Shown here one piece after another: positions 25,286 through 36,909 of a stretch of 64,000 bases of DNA. Position numbers and translations under genes: made by a program. Every line of letters begins with the position of its first letter. Position 1 is the stretch's first letter. The DNA lies in the NCBI RefSeq assembly GCF_032444005.1, contig NC_091284.1, positions 572,136,001 through 572,200,000 on the forward strand, in the 5' to 3' direction. The DNA comes from Ranitomeya imitator (lineage: Eukaryota). Below the pieces are notes generated by a model. It ran no database searches. It was not told the origin of the DNA and worked only from the letters and a program-made list of their open reading frames with translations.

Positions 25286-25835
25286 TCATGCAGCCAGCGG
25301 GTAAGGAAAGGGTGAATTAAACACCCGAAAACTCCGCCCATATGACCGAAAACCGGTCCCGCCAAATTCAGGTGACAGGTTCCCTTTAAGTCTCCTTACC
25401 CTTCTTTTTTGCAAGCTAAACCTTTTCAGACCCTTTAATCGTTCCTTGTAGGACATACTTTGCAGTCCGTTCACAATCCTGGTAGCTTTTCTCTGAATTT
25501 GCTCCAGTTTTTCAATGTCTTGTTTTTTTGTTTTGTTTGTTTGTCTTTAAATGTGGTGCCCAGTATTCCAGATGAGGCCTGATAAAGGATGTGTAGAGGG
25601 GGGATAATTACTTCACCTGACCTGGACTTCATGCTTCTCTTAATACATCCTAGAATGGTATTTGCCTTTTTTTGCTGCTTCACACTGTTAATACTTGTGC
25701 AGTCTGTGATCTATTAGTATACTCAATTCTTTTTCACACGAGCTGTTGCTTAATTCTATTCCACCCATTCTGTAGATGTAATTTTTGTTTTTCTTGCCCA
25801 GATGTAGAATCTTGCATTTCTCCCTGTAAAATACC
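25286..25835 (-). mobile_element. old CR1 3' fragment
   Basis: KANTILGCIKRS and SYKERLKGLKRFSLQKRR, typical of the CR1 ORF2 C-terminus. Confidence 0.75.
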
Positions 25836-25922
25836 ATTAAGGGGGTTGGACCAGATGACCCAGGAGGTCCCTTCCAACTGTACTATTGTGACTATTGTAG
25901 AGAACGAAACTTCTTCTATATA

Positions 25923-27576
25923 CAGTTAGGGCCAGAAATATTTGGACAGTGACACAATTTTCGCGAGTTGGGCTCTGCATGCCACCACATTGGATTTGAA
26001 ATGAAACCTCTACAACAGAATTCAAGTGCAGATTGTAACGTTTAATTTGAAGGGTTGAACAAAAATATCTGATAGAAAATGTAGGAATTGTACACATTTC
26101 TTTACAAACACTCCACATTTTAGGAGGTCAAAAGTAATTGGACAAATAAACATAACCCAAACAAAATATTTTTATTTTCAATATTTTGTTGCAAATCCTT
26201 TGGAGGCAATCACTGCCTTAAGTCTGGAACCCATGGACATCACCAAACGCTGGGTTTCCTCCTTCTTAATGCTTTGCCAGGCCTTTACAGCCGCAGCCTT
26301 CAGGTCTTGCTTGTTTGTGGGTCTTTCCGTCTTAAGTCTGGATTTGAGCAAGTGAAATGCATGCTCAATTGGGTTTAGATCTGGAGATTGACTTGGCCAT
26401 TGCAGAATGTTCCACTTTTTGGCACTCATGAACTCCTGGGTAGCTTTGGATGTATGCTTGGGGTCATTGTCCATCTGTACTATGAAGCGCCGTCCAATCA
26501 ACTTTGCAGCATTTGGCTGAATCTGGGCTGAAAGTATATCCCGGTACACTTCAGAATTCATCCGGCTACTCTTGTCTGCTCTTATGTCATCAATAAACAC
26601 AAGTGACCCAGTGCCATTGAAAGCCATGCATGCCCATGCCATCACGTTGTCTCCACCATGTTTTACAGAGGATGTGGTGTGCCTTGGATCATGTGCCGTT
26701 CCCTTTCTTCTCCAAACTTTTTTTTCTTCCCATCATTCTGGTACAGGTTGATCTTTGTCTCATCTGTCCATAGAATACTTTTCCAGAACTGAGCTGGCTT
26801 CTTGAGGTGTTTTTCTGCAAATTTAACTCTGGCCTGTCTATTTTTGGTATTGATGAATGGTTTGCATCTAGATGTGAACCCTTTGTATTTACTGTCATGG
26901 AGTCTTCTCTTTACTGTTGACTTAGAGACAGATACACCTACTTCACTGAGAGTGTTCTGGACTTCAGTTGATGTTGTGAACGGGTTCTTCTTCACCAAAT
27001 TAAGTATGCGGCGATCATCCACCACTGTTGTCATCCGTGGACGCCCAGGCCTTTTTGAGTTCCCAAGCTCACCAGTCAATTCCTTTTTTCTCAGAATGTA
27101 CCCAACTGTTGATTTTGCTACTCCAAGCATGTCTGCTATCTCTCTGATGGATTTTTTCTTTTTTTTCAGCCTCAGGATGTTCTGCTTCACCTCAATTGAG
27201 AGTTCCTTTGACCGCATGTTGTCTGCTCACAGCAACAGCTTCCAAATGCAAAACCACACACCTGGAATCCACCCCTGACCTTTTAACTACTTCATTGATT
27301 ACAGGTTAACGAGGGAGACGCCTTCAGAGTTAATTGCAGCCCTTAGAGTCCATTGTCCAATTACTTTTGGTCCCTTGAAAAAGAGGACGCTATGCATTAC
27401 AGAGCTATGATTCCTAAACCCTTTCTCCGATTTGGATGTGGAAACTATCATATTGCAGCTGGGAGTGTGCACTTTCAGCCCATATTATATATATAATTGT
27501 ATTTCTGAACATGTTTTTGTAAACAACTAAAATAACAAAACTTGTGTCACTGTCCAAATATTTCTGGCCCTAACTG
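25923..27576 (-). mobile_element. full-length Tc1 (DD34E) transposon in ERCC5 intron
   Basis: TA|CAGTTAGGGCCAGAAATATTTGGACAGTGACACAA with identical 35-bp TIR at the other end and TA TSD. Confidence 0.95.
26178..27217 (-). pseudogene. Tc1 transposase with a single frameshift
   Basis: MRSKELS...KRPGRPR...WTDETK; A8 run (plus-strand T at 26718-26725) breaks the frame; then QMDNDPKH...PDLNPIEH (34 residues between D and E)...GFATKY-stop. Confidence 0.9.
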
Positions 27577-27741
27577 TATTTATGTAATACATTGAATATA
27601 TAATTCAAGGAACTGGTCACTCGATTCATGCTGTCTGAACCAGGGGCAGCATGAATTAGAGCCTGGCAGAATGATTGCAGCCAAGCATGTCCTTCACTGA
27701 AACTCTACTGTTTCATAGAAATAATAGTTTGAAATGAGTTA

Positions 27742-28624
27742 GGCCATGTTCACACAATGCTTTTTTTACTGCGGAACCGCCGCGATTTTGCCGCTGCGGG
27801 TCCGCAGCTGTTTTCCATGCAGGGTACAGTACAATGTACCCTATGGAAAACAGGAACCGCTGTGCCCACATTGCGGAAATGCACTAAAAAAGCCGCGCTG
27901 AATAGCTGCGGTAAAAAAGGACCATGTCACTTCTTTGTGCGGCACTGCAGCGGTTCTGCACCGATTGACCTCCATTGTGAGGTCAAACCCGCAGTAAAAC
28001 CCGCAGACGGAAAAAATATCTGCGGGTTTTCTGCGGTTTGTGGTGCAGAACCGCTGCAGCAGGAAGTGCGTGGGCGGAGTGTGGCTGTCCCCCCGTGCCC
28101 CAATCCCACCCCCCCATGCTCCGATGCCACCCCCCGTGCCCTCATCTCCCCCCCCTTATACTTACCGGGCCTCCTGGTGTCCGTCCGTCCGTCTTCTCCC
28201 TGGGCGCCGCCATCTTCCTAAATGGCGGGCGCATGCGCAGTGCGCCCGCCGAATCGGCCGGCAGATTCGTTCCAGGCACATTTTGATCACTGTGATAACC
28301 TCACAGTGGTCAAAATAAAAAAAAAAGGTAAATGATCCCCCCCCCCCCCTTTATCACCCCCATAGGTAGTAACAATAATAAAATAGAGAATTTATTTTAT
28401 TTTTTTCCCCCCACTACAGTTAGAATTAGGGGTAGGGTATTCTCAGCCATTTTAACCCTAAAAAAACTTCCTAGAAAACACACACTCTGCAGAGAAAACT
28501 GCATTAAAAACCGCATCAAAAAACGCACCAAAAACGCACCAAAAAACACACCTGCGTTTTCTGCCAAGAGCTGCGGTTTTTAGTGCAGAAAAAACAGGGA
28601 AATCAGGAACGTGTGAACATGGCC
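27742..28624. mobile_element. composite Harbinger-type MITE (inverse copy of 7490-8406)
   Basis: TTA|GGCCATGTTCACAC ... GTGTGAACATGGCC|TTA; collinear with the reverse complement of 7490-8406. Confidence 0.87.
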
Positions 28625-29377
28625 TTAATCATATTTTGTACATTTATATTTTATTGTTTTATAAACCTCTTTTAGGTTCAATATGATCTATTTATTTAAC
28701 TAACGACGGTATTAAACTATTTAGTCACAGCAGTACTTTTTAAGCTGATGTTGCATGGCTTGATAGGGGCAATTAGCTGACATGTTGGTTTTGTTAGCCT
28801 AAAATTATCATATTAGGCCTATATTACTGCTACATTTATAGGCCTGATGGTCTATACGAGGGCGTGTTGACATTGGCATTTGTGAGCACTGATTGGAGGA
28901 ATCGTCAGCAGGACGTTTTGTAAGATGTATCAAAATGACTGCTCTATCTATGATATGTCACATGTCTCTCTGTAGTAGAAATACCATTGTAGCTGATTTC
29001 TCTTTTAGGGCCTAGTGGGGAAAACCCGGGTGAGCCGACATTGAGTGGGGATGCCATTTGCACTTTATTAGGGTGCCAACCTCCGGGGCCAAATAGGAAC
29101 CACACTAGTATGCTTTATAGGATAATTTCCTCTTGGGCTTCCCTGGACCCCTTTTATCTTTTTAATCGCACCAATGTATGTTCTTCACAAAAATAATGTA
29201 AGATGGTAGTCTTCAAGTTGATTCTAGCCATTATAGGCTTTAATTATTAATAAAGGACTGTTTTAATAGTGTATATTCTGTGAATTGGGTTAGAATACAA
29301 TACACACTTTTTGAATTGGTTTAGTTGGTGCTTTTGTTCTAATTCTGTAATTATCCTTCTGGCTTTTTTATTCACAG

Positions 29378-29923
29378 ACCCAGCTCCGGATTGATTCATT
29401 TTTTCGGATGGAGAAACATGAGGCTCAAGGTGTGAAAAGTCAGCGACTGCGCAGAGCAGTGACTTGTATGAAAAGAAAGGAAAAGGACAGCGAAGCTCTA
29501 GAAGTAGAAGAAGCTACAATGCTGATGGAGAATGAGTATGGATATAGGGATGTGATAAATGCAATGCAGTGTAGAACCCCCCAGAAAGGGAAGAAGAAAA
29601 ATGAGCAAAAATTGGATAGTCCTGCTCCCGAGAAGGCGGATGGCGGCTTTCTTGGGTTTGGGACCAAACCGTTGTCTTCTAAGGATGAAAAATCACTTGG
29701 TGAGGACTTGGACAGGGATACACAAAAACTCAAGAGTTGCACAGACACTTGCAAGGAAGTAAGTCCAAGCAAACCTAGCAAAGCTGACTCGAGTGTAAAA
29801 ACGGAAACACTGGAAACTAGCAGTTCAAGTGACGATGATGATCAGGTAGTGATGGTAGCAGCCAAGCCTGTATTTAAGTGCAATAGGAGAAAACCGACAA
29901 TTCTCAGGAGTAAAAAGAAATAA
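29378..29923 (+). CDS. ERCC5: ERCC5/XPG last coding exon (PIP box, basic C-terminal NLS-like tail)
   Basis: ttcacAG acceptor; TQLRIDSFFRMEKHEAQGVKSQRLRRAVTCMKRKE...RRKPTILRSKKK-stop; Q-x-x-I-x-x-F-F PCNA-binding motif; phase 0 matches the previous exon. Confidence 0.96.
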   Translation, partial: TQLRIDSFFRMEKHEAQGVKSQRLRRAVTCMKRKEKDSEALEVEEATMLMENEYGYRDVINAMQCRTPQKGKKKNEQKLDSPAPEKADGGFLGFGTKPLSSKDEKSLGEDLDRDTQKLKSCTDTCKEVSPSKPSKADSSVKTETLETSSSSDDDDQVVMVAAKPVFKCNRRKPTILRSKKK

Positions 29924-29982
29924 CGAAGACAAAAAACAGCTTTGACCCATTCTTATCTTTTTTTTATACACCATTTTCTAAT

Positions 29983-29988
29983 ATTAAA
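29983..29988 (+). promoter_or_regulatory. candidate ERCC5 polyadenylation signal ATTAAA
   Basis: ATTAAA 60 nt after the stop, followed by U-rich sequence; an alternative AATAAA lies beyond the DIRS insertion near 35874. Confidence 0.4.
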
Positions 29989-30818
29989 TTTTGTGCATCA
30001 ATGAATTTTGTCTGTATTCATTTAATAGTCATTGTTTTCTATTCGCCATGACAGCACCCACTAGAGAGAGGGGATCCGCCCCTAGGAATAGGAAACCTAC
30101 AGAGAGATAAAAGGGGCGGTCCCCCCTTGCTCCTCAGTTGGTTTCCTGTTCCTAGATGGGAACCCACAGAGAAGACTCTGGTGGATGCTATGGATGAAGA
30201 GGAAAACCCGCCTGGACTGCCGCCTGTGCGTCTCTGCTGAGCGGCAGGGGCTCCAGAGCGGGTAGACAGTCGGGGGAATGATCCTACTGGCTCCTCCCTC
30301 ATCTGCTAATGCTGCTGCGATGCCTGGAGGTTCTCAACAGAGTCCCTGCTGGGACACTGTTGTGTGAGGCTACCGGTGAATGGGTAAGGAACGGCACCTA
30401 CCTCTTTCGGCCCTGACTGGGGACAAGTAAGTGGAGTGCGCTCCTGGGATGTGAGCGCTGCTGTGATGCTGGCGTCTCCTCTGCCTACAACGTTTACCCC
30501 TGGGCGACATGAGATAGCTGCAGGTGCAGCACTTACCACGGCATCTTCCGGCAGTGCAGCAGAGACGCGGACGCATGCCCAGTAGCATCGGCGTCCCTGA
30601 AGTGGTTGGTTGAACTTCCGGGGTCGCGAAGTTAGAATGCCACTTCGGTGGAGGCGCCATGGCTGCTCCCTGTGTGGTCCGGTCCACTCTAACAAAGCCT
30701 GGATCAGGATACAAAGGTAAAAAAAAATAATAAAAAATACAAAAAATGGCAGGAAAGGGTGTGTTTAATGGTTCCTACACTATAAAGAGCATGTCGGCAG
30801 GTTGCAGTGTGCGCAATC

Positions 30819-32117
30819 ATGTTGTCCCAAGAGGAGGTCACTGAGCGCCCTATGGAGGAGTTAATGTTACCCGTGGGTGATACCAGGAGGAAGAGTAGTG
30901 GACACTCGAAAGTGAGTGACTCCACTGACAAATCGGGGAAAAAGTCGTCCCGTTCCACACCCCAGGCTGATCAAGCAACCCGACAGCCGGTATATATTTT
31001 TATTTCCGGGGAGAGTGTATAGACAGCTTCATGGAATCTTATAGTAGTCTCTTCTGCTTGTGTTTTTTCTAGGCAAAAAAGATGGGGAAGTCCAAGCACA
31101 AGCAGTGTGCGATATATGTACCGAGCCCCTGCCTGACTCTTATATAAATAAATTGTGTCAGAGTTGTATAAATAACACCTTGCAGCAGGAGGGGTCGGTC
31201 AAAATGAATGAGATCTGTCTCATGATCCATGAAGAGCTTCAGTCATTAGGTGGTGGGCCATCTATGAATATTGAGAAGAGAAGCAGGAGAGCACCCTCAC
31301 CTAGAGCATCTAGACACATCTGCAGAAAGCGGGGAGATTGATTCTGACATCTCTCAGGTTTCGGGTTCCTCGGATAAGGAGGATTATGTCTGTTGTCCTA
31401 CTGACGGTGTGAACAATTTGGTGAAATCCGTAAGAAGCACAATGGGGCTATCAGAGTCTAAGGAACCTCAGATGCCGCAGGAGGTTGTTTGCAGGTCTCT
31501 CTCAGCAAAAAGGTCATGTATTTCCTGTTAATCAGACCATTAAGGACCTTGTAAAAAAGGAATGGAGTAAGCAGGGGCAAAAGGGGTTTGTACCAATATC
31601 TTGTAAGAGACGTTACCCCTTTGATGATGAGGACTTGGCCACCTGGGCTAAGGTACCTAAAGTGGATGCGGCCGTAGCATCCACCTCTCGCCGTTCTTTA
31701 CCTGTGGAAGATGTTGGTTCTTTGTCTGATCCAATGGACAGAAAATCAGACGCGCTTCTTAAAAGATCATGGGAAGCCTGCATTACCGCATTTAAACCAG
31801 CCATCTCAGCCATGTGCACTAGCAGGTCTATGTTGGTTCGGCTAGACCAGCTGGATCAGAACATCAAGAGTGGTATATCCAGAGAAAAATTGCGTGCCTC
31901 TATTCCCTTGATTAAGGGTGCTGCGGCCTTTCTATCAGATGCCTCAATAGACTCGCTCCACTTAGCAGCCAGAACAGCTAACCTTACTATTACAGCTCGA
32001 CGAGCGTTGTGGTTAAAGAAAAGAGACTTTAAGGACCGCTGGAGTAACAGGGAATTCAGGCAGAAGGGAAACTTATTCAATAAACGTCTCTTCAAACCAG
32101 CGGATAAATTCCGTTAA
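30819..32117 (+). pseudogene. DIRS gag-like ORF1 (probable 83-bp intron, frameshifts, internal deletion)
   Basis: KSKHKQCAI-CTEPLPDSY..LCQSC zinc finger; KRRYPF; VPKVDAAV; DPMDRKSD; RRALWLK. Confidence 0.8.
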
Positions 32118-32259
32118 TCCTATTCTACCTGTAGGAGGTAGATTGCTGAAATTTGTTGATCAATGGAAGGAAATAACAGCTAATTCATGGGCCATACATT
32201 TAGTATCTTCAGGCCTCACCTTAGATTTTATCCGGACACCTCTGGATTCTTTCCTTCTA

Positions 32260-32703
32260 AAGGTACCTTCACACATAACGATATCGTTAAGGATATCGTT
32301 GCAACGTCACGCTTTTTTGTGACGTAGCAACGATCCGGCTAACTATATCTTTGTGTGAAAGCGACCAACGATCAGGCCCCTGCTGGGAGATCGTTGGTCG
32401 TGGGGAATGATCAGGACCTTTTTTTGGTCACTGATCACCCCGCTGTCATCTAGCGATGTGTCCACCTGTAACCAGGGTAAACATCGGGTTACTAAGCGCA
32501 GGGCCGCGCTTAGTAACCCGATATTTACCCTGGTTACCATTGTAAAAGTAAAAAAAAAAAAAAAAACGCTACATACTCCCATTCTGATGTCTGTCACGTC
32601 CCCCGGCGTCCACAGGGTTAAAACTGCTTTCGGCAGGAGCGCTGCTGCCGAGAGCTTCCCTCCACTGACTGTCAGTGCCGGCCGTAAAGCAAAGCACAGC
32701 GGT
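32260..32703. mobile_element. truncated AAGGTACC-type MITE in DIRS RT
   Basis: Left TIR AAGGTACCTTCACAC; matches the reverse of the 284-1058 copy; no right TIR. Confidence 0.85.
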
Positions 32704-33009
32704 CAACAGAGGTTGGAGGAAGTTGTGTTTTCTTTGGATTATCAATTGGGAAAAATCCAGGCTCCAACCAGTAACATGTCAAACATTTCTTGGGCTCCTT
32801 CTGGATTCAGTGAGCCAGGTATGTTTGCTCCCTGAGGATAAAAAGGCCTCCATAATTAGTAAGGTGAACTTAGGGATTGAAAAACACAGTATGTCATTAA
32901 GAAGTGCCATGTACTTGCTAGGTTCACTGACTTAATGTATTCCTGCGGTTCAGTGGGCGCAATTTCATACTAGACAGCTGCAGAAATTTGTATTAGAAGA
33001 GGACATTAA

Positions 33010-33362
33010 GGCTATGTGCACACGTTCAGTTTTTTTCGTGTTTTTTTTTCACGGTAAAAACTCATTAAAAACGCATACATTATGCATCCTATCATTTAGA
33101 ATGCATTCTACATGTTTTGTGCATATGATGCGTTTTTTTTCCTCGAAAAAATGCATCGCGGTAAAAAAAAAGCAGCATGTTCATTAATTTTGCGGATTTT
33201 CTGCGTTTTTCCCGCTTTTCTATGCATTTGGGAAAAATGCATAAACACACCAATAACGCATCAAAAGCGCGTGAAAAACGCGGTAAAAACGGATTTCTGA
33301 CAGAAATGTCCAGTTTTTGTCAGGAAAATTTCTGCAAGAAATCCTGACGTGTGCACATACCC
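33010..33362. mobile_element. Harbinger-type MITE in DIRS pol
   Basis: TAA|GGCTATGTGCACACGT ... ACGTGTGCACATACCC|TAA; removal restores EEDIKKRGRL. Confidence 0.9.
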
Positions 33363-33867
33363 TAAAAAGCGGGGACGTTTGAATCAGACAGTTCTTCTAA
33401 CTTTAGAGGTGGTTCACTCTCTTACGTGGTGGTTGGACTGGGAAAATCTCTCGAGAGGAGTTCTGTGGGTGATGACTCCCTCAAACATTGTGACCACAGA
33501 CGCTAGTCCAGAAGGCTGGGGGGGGGGTGGGGGCACATTTTCAGGAGCAGACGGTTCAGGGTCTTTGGTCCAGATCAGAATCTTATAATTCTTCTAATGT
33601 TAAAGAATTAAGAGCTATATATTATTCCATACTCCACTTTCTTCCTCAGCTGCGAGGTTCTCACACAAGGGTCCTTTCCGACAATACCACTGCGGTAGCC
33701 TACCTAAACCATCAAGGAGGTACACGGTCAGACACTCTCATGGATGTTATATCAGACATCATGAATTTAAACGAAAATCATCTGTTGTCCCGATCAGCGG
33801 TACACATCAGGGGCATAGACCATTTTTATGCCGATTTCCTCAGCCACCATACCCTTCATAAAGGAGA

Positions 33868-35284
33868 ATGGATGCTCAACAGGAAAATTTTCAGACTGAT
33901 AACAGCTCGATGGGGGGTGCCTCAAATGGACTTATTTTCAACAAGAGCCAACCGTCAGGTCAGAACATTCGCCTCGTTATGCAGACAGGACAATCCGAAC
34001 ATATTCGATGCCCTTCAAGTTCCATGGACATTCAGTCTAGCTTATGCTTTTCCCCCATGGAATCTCCTGCCCATAGTTATAAGAAAAATAAGGGAAGAAG
34101 GAGCAAGGGTGCTGTTGATTTGCCCCATTTTTTGCCCAAAAAGACCATGGTTCCCATGGCTCAGGGCAATGTCGATTACAGACCCTTGGATTCTTCCTCA
34201 GACCAAGGACCTGCTCTCTCAAGGACCATTCTTCCACCTTCAGGTAAAGGGCATGAACTTGACTGTCTGGAATTTGAGAGGCAGATATTAAATCTTAGAG
34301 GATTCTCCAAAGGGTTAATAGATACCCTCCTGAAAAGTAGAAAACCTTCTACTACCAAAATTTGTCAGTCTGGAGAAAATTTCTTGAATTCCACACAGCA
34401 CAATTTTCTTCTGAGGTACCCATATTTTCAATATTCGAGTTTCTGCAGAAGGGTCTTGAGTTGGGTCTCTCTGTAAGCACTCTAAAAGTTCAGATTTCAG
34501 CTCTAGGAGCTCTCTTCAATCATGATGTTGCAGATATTCCGTTTTATATCGACATGCCAGCGATCAAAACCAATCGATATACCACAGGTCCCACAGTGGG
34601 ATCCAGCTTTGGTCCTAGACGCATTAACACAGAGCCCTTTCGAACCTCTTCATACAGCCTCATTGAAAAATACTTCATTAAAGACGGTGTTGGTAGCATT
34701 GGTATCTGCTAAGAGAGTGAGCAATCTCCATGCCTTATCAATAGATCCTCCTTTTTTATCTGTAACATCTGACAGAATAATTTTAAAAACGGACCCGTCC
34801 TATCTTCCTAAAGTAGCCACTAGGTTTCATAGATCCCAGATCTTTCTGCCTACTTTTTATAAAGGCCACTCAACTCCAGAAGAAGTGAGGCTTTATACCC
34901 TAGACTTTAAAAAGACTTCCGGCCTATTTAGAGAGGATTAGGGACTGGAGGAAGAGTAGGGCTCTCTTTGTGTCTTTCCAGGGTAAAAACAAGGGGTCCA
35001 GAGTCACAAAGAATACGATATCACGCTGGATCAGAGATGCCATAATCTTGGCGTATAAAGCTAGAGGAAGAGATCCACCACTACATGTGGGAGCACACGC
35101 TACAAGAGCCTTGGCGACTTCCTGGGCAGAAAAGGCGGACGTGCCAATAGACCTTATATGTAAGGCTGCAACCTGGTCTTCACCTAGTACTTTCTATAAA
35201 CACTATAGATTAGACCTATCTTCCGCCTCTGATCTAACCTTTGGGATATCTGTCCTTGACTCAGTTAACCCACCCAATCTATAG
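33868..35284 (+). pseudogene. DIRS tyrosine recombinase ORF (frameshifted, overlaps the MT coding region)
   Basis: TLKVQISAL; VSAKRVSNLHAL; SRWIRDAI; HATRA; TWSSPSTFYKHYRLD (R, HxxR and Y catalytic set). Confidence 0.9.
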
Positions 35285-35295
35285 TCTCTGTAAAT

Positions 35296-35382
35296 CTCTC
35301 TAGTGGGTGCTGTCGTGGTGAATAGAAAATACTGGATTACTTACTGGTAATGCTCTTTTATAGAGCCCACGACAGCACCCAT
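35296..35382 (+). repeat. DIRS internal complementary region (ICR)
   Basis: Reverse complement of the left terminus (TCTCTAGTGGGTGCTGTCGTGGTGAATAGAAAA) joined to that of the right extension (TACTGGATTACTTACTGGTAATGCTCTTTTATAGAGCCC). Confidence 0.9.
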
Positions 35383-36466
35383 TCACATCCCTCCTTTTTA
35401 TAGTAGCACGTGGTGCCTTTGTGGTGAGGTGTAAATAATAGAATATAGTATAAGTCTATTAACTAAAACCTGGCGGCGGTTCCTCCTATTCTCTGTAATA
35501 TAACTGAGGAGCGAGGGGGGACCGCACCTTTTATCTCTCTGTAGGTTTCCTGTTCCTAGGGGCGGATCCCCTCTCTAGTGGGTGCTGTCGTGGGCTCTAT
35601 AAAAGAGCATTACCAGTAAGTAATCCGGTATTTCGTTTTGTTTTTGTTTTTTAGTGAATTTTATACTACTAGTACATTTTAGAAGAATAATATATTACGG
35701 GAACATCAGGACCTTTGGTTAAAGTATTATGACCATGTGCTTTTTTTAATCAATGTAACTGGAATTTACGGTTACCATTTAGAGTGTGTCACCATCCTTA
35801 AAAAAGAAAAAAGGCCTTACACCATTGTTTGTGCTGGTTTTACTTTTGCTAAAACTTGTGCAGATCTGTTTGGAATAAAACAGGTGAAATTATTTCCCCA
35901 AATCTGGGAATATTTACAGCCTAAATACAAACTATGAATTTTAAGATTAATATGGTTATGTTTCTGGCTGGGAAAAAAAGTAAAATATACTTCAAGTAAA
36001 TCATGCACCATGGCCTTTTAGAGCAAAATGCATGCATATTGTTGGCTATTCAGCAGAGTCTTACAAATGTATTTTTTGGAAGGGGGCTCCTGTTGCTAAG
36101 ATGAATGCAGATCTAGTGTATGTCGCAGCCTTAAATTACAGAGGCACCTCGAATAAGGCTTAATAACCCTTAGTAAGATAAAACATACGAGAGAAAAGAA
36201 AAAAGATCCAGCTTTTGCCTTACGGATATAACTTTGTGTTTATTCTAGAAGTACTTTAAAAAAATATCCCTTTTTTCAATCTATAAATTTATTATATTTT
36301 TCTGACCGTGCTCCCTATTGTCCCTATTTATTGCACGCTTTGACTATAGACTGCATAGTTTAATATGTTCTTATAAAGGCTCCTGGTAATGTGGTCAGTT
36401 TTTTTTGTTTGTTTGTGGCCTTTGAGCCGTAGAATGGTTGCATCTCAAGAATGGTGCAGTGCCTAA

Positions 36467-36771
36467 GGCTAGGTTCACACTAGCGTTGCGCCGCCCTGCG
36501 TCGGCGACGCAACGCGCGACGCACGTAAAAACGCGCGCAAACGCGCGCGTTTTGCGACGCGTGCGTCGTTTTTGACGAAAATCGGACGCACAGAAAATGC
36601 TACAATGTAGCGTTTTCTTGCGTCCGACGCTAGCGTCGGAAACGACGCACGTGGCAAAAACGCCACCAAAACAACGCACGCGTCCCCTATGTTAAACATA
36701 GGGGCGCGTCGCCGCTGCGTCGCCGGCGCAACAGCGACGCACATTGGCGGAACGCCAATGTGAACGTAGCC
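36467..36771. mobile_element. Harbinger-type MITE (GACGC-rich)
   Basis: TAA|GGCTAGGTTCACA ... TGTGAACGTAGCC|TAA. Confidence 0.85.
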
Positions 36772-36909
36772 TAACAGATTTCAACTGTAGCAGGCTTTAC
36801 TATAACTGCACAATCTGAGCTGCTAGATACAGAGCTGAGTATGGGTTTACATTTGTATGGGATTCCTCAAAAGATAGATGGTAAAATGTGCTTGTGCTAC
36901 AAGATACCA

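Larger units (their letters stand above)
32120..34291 (+). pseudogene. DIRS RT (core deleted) - RNase H - Dam-like methyltransferase ORF
   Basis: PVGGRL; IINWEKSRLQP; TTDASPEGWG; NVKELRAI; SDNTTAVAYLNHQGGTRS; MDLFS; YAFPP. RT core replaced by a truncated MITE (32260-32703). Confidence 0.88.
30035..35633 (+). mobile_element. DIRS1-like tyrosine-recombinase retrotransposon (both ends present, internally deleted)
   Basis: Inverted terminal repeats about 30047-30139 and 35502-35592, right-end extension to 35633, internal complementary region 35296-35382; gag, RT/RNase H/MT and YR ORFs. Confidence 0.95.

Noticed and set aside
29408-29923. 171-aa single-exon gene starting MEKHEAQ
   Set aside because: Internal methionine of the ERCC5 last exon; the exon starts at 29378.
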